This document shows, piece after piece, positions 60,283 through 64,000 of a DNA stretch of 64,000 nucleotides. The position numbers were made by a program, and so were the translations under genes. Source of the stretch: Flaccisagitta enflata (lineage: Eukaryota); contig OZ231126.1 in NCBI GenBank assembly GCA_965153355.1, forward strand, positions 7,192,001-7,256,000. The letters are read 5' to 3'. The notes beneath the pieces were generated by a model. The model searched no databases. It was given only the letters and a program-made list of their open reading frames with translations, and was not told where the DNA came from. Numbering within the stretch: the first letter of the stretch is position 1; each line of letters opens with the position of its first letter.

Positions 60283-62683
60283 GGAAGCAGTTCATTTGGA
60301 AGCAAAAGATTTGGATGTGCAGTTCTTATCTCAACTGAAGCATCACATTTTTGTGTATTACGTGAATTCTGTTCGAATCTGTGGGCATTTTCACCAACAT
60401 TACTGCTCCTGCCCACCCGCAACACTGACTCAGCCCATCCGTCTACAAATAATTTGTTGTGTTTTTTAAAATGGCGCCAAAAAACGATAAGCTTCCAATG
60501 TTAGGGGTGAAATTGAATTAGTAAGATTCACTCAAACTTTATCCAACTTAGGAAGCTTGTTACTTGGATGTTTTTTAACCGATCTAGATGAAATTCATGA
60601 TGAAACGAAAGATTTTTTTGCGTTCTTTGAAATGGCGCCAAGCGCGATCTTCTATTTCTTTTTCGTTTAGAAATGACATTCTTACGAAGTAAGGGGTGAA
60701 ATTGAATTAATCACTTTAGTTTATTAAAGGAAGATATCAGCAACAGACTCACACTGGGCATCGAAAAAATCGTTTTTTTAGAATCAGATATTTCTAGTTG
60801 ACTATGATAGAATCGCGAACCTTCATGTCCGGGGGGTAGAGTTTGGGTATTGCCAAAGCTTAATCGCCCTCCTACTCACCCCCCCCCCACCCCTGGGGGT
60901 GGAGGGGGGTGGTGGGAAAAATTTTTTTTGTAAAAAATAAGTTGGTCTCAATCGATTCAGAATTGTTTAAAACGTTCAAAAAACTTGGGTTAAAAAATTT
61001 GAAATTTTTATCATCTGTTCGATTTTTTTAAAGTCTATGTGCCCAACTGGGGTAGCGACTAACCGGGGTTGCCATCCCCCCTTGGCTGGCCTCACCTGGT
61101 TTGAAGCATCATGGTTCATTTGCGCTAACTTGGTTTTGCTTTAACGAGTTTTCATAAAAAGTTTCATGAGAATCGTTAGAGAATTTCACAAGATATCCTT
61201 ACAAGTGTGGGCCGATCGCAAAATCGGGCATAAATTGTTGAAAAATAGTAATTGTCCGAAATTCAATTTTCACCCGTTTGGTGGTGAAAAGTAGGTTGAA
61301 CCAAAGCAAATTCACCTTCATTTCAAATCACTAGGTTTGACTGACATGTGCGGGGCAATTGCGGTCACGTAAGGATCATTTTCTGAAAAAAAGCTAGTAG
61401 TTGTTTATGTGGGACATAGGTGGGACAGTTAAATTGTTGAAAAATAGTAATTGTCCGAAATTCAAAATCTTGTCATAAAACTTCCGTCATAAACTTGTTT
61501 GCGCATCTTTTTTTTCGGCGGTCTTCCTCAGGATATGTGGGGTTATCCAAGCCCATATATGATGGCTCCTTCACCCATTGAATAGACAATATTGAATAGA
61601 TTCGACATTCTCTTGAAAATTGTACGAGAATGCTTTACTTTTCTCTTTCTCTTCCAGACGCTCAAAAAGTAAAAAATCGTTTAGCTGATATCGAAAACAG
61701 GATCATTTCTGTTTATCATGACTGAATACCAACAACAAATGACAATGATCCTTTAAAAAACGAACTAAGCTTCGAGGTAACGGTGGAATAAGTACTGTTA
61801 CATTTTTGTTACAGGAATATTAGGTGTTTAACCAACCTCTGATTGACGCATTTATCGAGAAAAAATTAGGTAAACCTGCATAACCCCGCTTTAAATCATG
61901 TCACTAAGCCTCCTGCAACATTTGATAGCGATGATAACAGTTCCAAGTCCCTCATTCATTGGTAACATATCATTAGCTATGGGTTTGTCTGGGATATTGG
62001 ACGTGTGAGCCTCTTGCTGAAATCTTCCTAAAACTTCATCCAACTTTGCAAGCTTGTTACTCAGTTGTTTTTCAACCAATTTAGACAAAATTCATGATGA
62101 AATGTAAGATTTTTTTGTGTTCTTTAAAATGGCGCCAAGCGTAATCTTCTATCTTTTTTCGTTCAGAAATGACATTCTTACAAAGTTAGGGGTGAAATTG
62201 AAGTAATTCTTTAAGTTTGTTAAAACTTCATCCAACTTTACAAGCTTGTTACTCAGTTGTTTTTCAACCGATTTAGACGAAATTCATGATGAAATGAAAG
62301 ATTTTTTTGTGTTCTTTAAATTGGCGCCAAGCGCAATCGTCTATCTATTTTCGTTAAGAAGAAGTGTGCTTACAAAGATAGAGGGGTATTTCAACTTTTA
62401 CACTTGTGAGATGATGATCTTTTGTGAGCAAAATCTGATATGCGCGACCTTGAAATTGCGTCCTAACTCCCTTCCTCGGCCCCGGGGACTTCAATTCATA
62501 TGTTTAGAAAGAAAAACACTCCTGGATGGAGTAGCCAAATGGATATTTTCGGTATACCTGACCTCAGTAGTTAATCGGATATTATATGCAAATATGCATA
62601 GTGACAAAAGTGACCTAGTAGATATCTAACACTAGTAATAGGATGCCTAAAAGTACGAAAATTTTGTCAAAATATGCTTAGTA

Positions 62684-63285
62684 CTGGGTGTTTAATCTCG
62701 ACTGGGAAAAAGTATTAAGCTTTTATTCTCAGATGCTTCTTCTTAATGACTTGGAATTAATTTTTTTATGTAGTACTATGTCTGACGTTTTTTGTGTCAA
62801 AATTTCATTGGTCTGTGTCAAATATTTTGTCCACAACATCAATTTGAAGTAAAAGAAGTATTTGTGGCTGAAGCTCAATTTATCCCTTATTCATCAAAAT
62901 CATTTTTCTCATATTTTCTCTCATTTTTGATCGGTTTGAGCTACAAATGTCAAAATAGTCTTGAAATAAAGATGTATTATAAAGTTTGTTGAAAATATCT
63001 TCAACCAAGACCAATCTGACATTCATTGCTCAATTCAATGAAAAATAAGAGCAAACCAAAGAAAAACAATTTTGGTGAATTAAGGCTAATTTGAGCTTTA
63101 TCTGAAAATGCTTCTTTTACTTAAAATCGATGTTGTGGACAAAATATTTGACACAGACCAATGAAATTTTGACACAAAAAACGTCAAACATAGTTCTACA
63201 TAGAAAAATTAATTCCAGGTCATTGAGAAGAAGCATCTGAGAGTAAAAGCTAAATACTTTTTCTCAGTCGAGATTGAGCACCCGG
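62684..63285. mobile_element. fold-back Tc1/mariner-type MITE
   Basis: Inverted arms of at least ~180 bp starting C(T/C)GGGTG, TA flanks. Confidence 0.85.
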
Positions 63286-63879
63286 TAAAGCAGATCTAGA
63301 AGTATATGTTCAATGAAATATTACCAGGTTCATTGTTTTTAGAAATAAGTCAATGATTATTAATCAGAAACTTGGTCCAAAAAATCTTATCATGGCGGCA
63401 AACTTCCTTCTGAAGCTGTTTAGCTGTGCAGTAATTTTCATGCTTATGATATACCATCAAAACATGCGATTGGTACAAGGGGAGCGCACAAGAGAAAGTA
63501 TTTTTTGAAAACAGCCTCATAAGCAGGGATCTTAGTGGCAGAAACTAAAGTGTAGGGTAAAAATTGCTAAAAAGCTCAGGAACTTCACTATTCTGACATA
63601 TTTTTTCATGCTGAACACAAATCTGATCTTTATTTTAGAGTATTTTTTGGGCACCCCTTTCAAAAATCCATTTTTTGGTCATTTTTTATGGGGGGGGGGA
63701 AATGCACTTTTTGGCTATTTGGAGTACACTGCTATCACCCAGTTGCGTTTTTCAGTTAAACTTAACAAGAACAGGAGTGAATACACAGTTTACAAGAGTT
63801 TGGCGGCCATACGGGGACTGTAAATGGCCAAAAACAGTCCCAAAATAGCCCCAAAAAAGCCAAAAACCGCATTTTTCTG

Positions 63880-64000
63880 AAACAAGGCCAACACCTATAA
63901 GTTGCGTGCAAAACTTACAGACTAAGAATGACTAAGAATGACTTTCAATGACTTAGAATGACTTTCAATGACTTAGAATGACCTAAAATGACCAAAAAGG
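63880..64000 (-). mobile_element. 3' end of a HINE of the 16470..18134 family, cut by the window edge
   Basis: AACAAGGCCAACACCTATAAGT(T/C)GCGTGCA shared; followed by 10-bp AATGAC-type repeats. Confidence 0.75.

Noticed and set aside
61231-61466. 36-bp direct repeat ~200 bp apart
   Set aside because: No TIR, LTR or TSD structure could be assigned; probably a local duplication.
61640-61830. Acceptor/donor-like sites as the next TUBGCP6 exon
   Set aside because: The required phase-0 frame stops after four codons and shows no GRIP2 similarity; remaining exons are presumably beyond the window.

Overview
Repeat-rich animal (probably invertebrate) genomic DNA with two intron-containing + strand genes. 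Gene 1 (12 phase-consistent exons, 2539..31716, 5' end upstream of the window, ~1154 aa visible) has an RS-rich block, a 'SPSESEKYRELQQQAQLH' motif and a very long Q/A/P/H-rich tail, and looks like a GPATCH8/ZNF804-family protein. Gene 2 (9 phase-consistent exons, 37523..54792, 3' end not found in the window, ~1946 aa visible) is gamma-tubulin complex component 6 (TUBGCP6). Introns and intergenic DNA contain several families of Helentron-like non-autonomous elements (HINE/DINE type) carrying internal satellites, hAT and Tc1/mariner-type MITEs with intact TSDs, a 5'-truncated CR1-type LINE, a hATm-like transposase relic split by insertions, and many microsatellites. The most notable items are: a compact Penelope-like insertion (87-bp perfect hairpin + 37-nt tail + 13-bp TSD) whose minus strand spells a minimal hammerhead ribozyme; HINEs acting as satellite carriers; duplications that span splice donors; candidate micro/poison exons; and a dispersed internal motif in TUBGCP6. 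All protein identities come from remembered motifs, not database searches.
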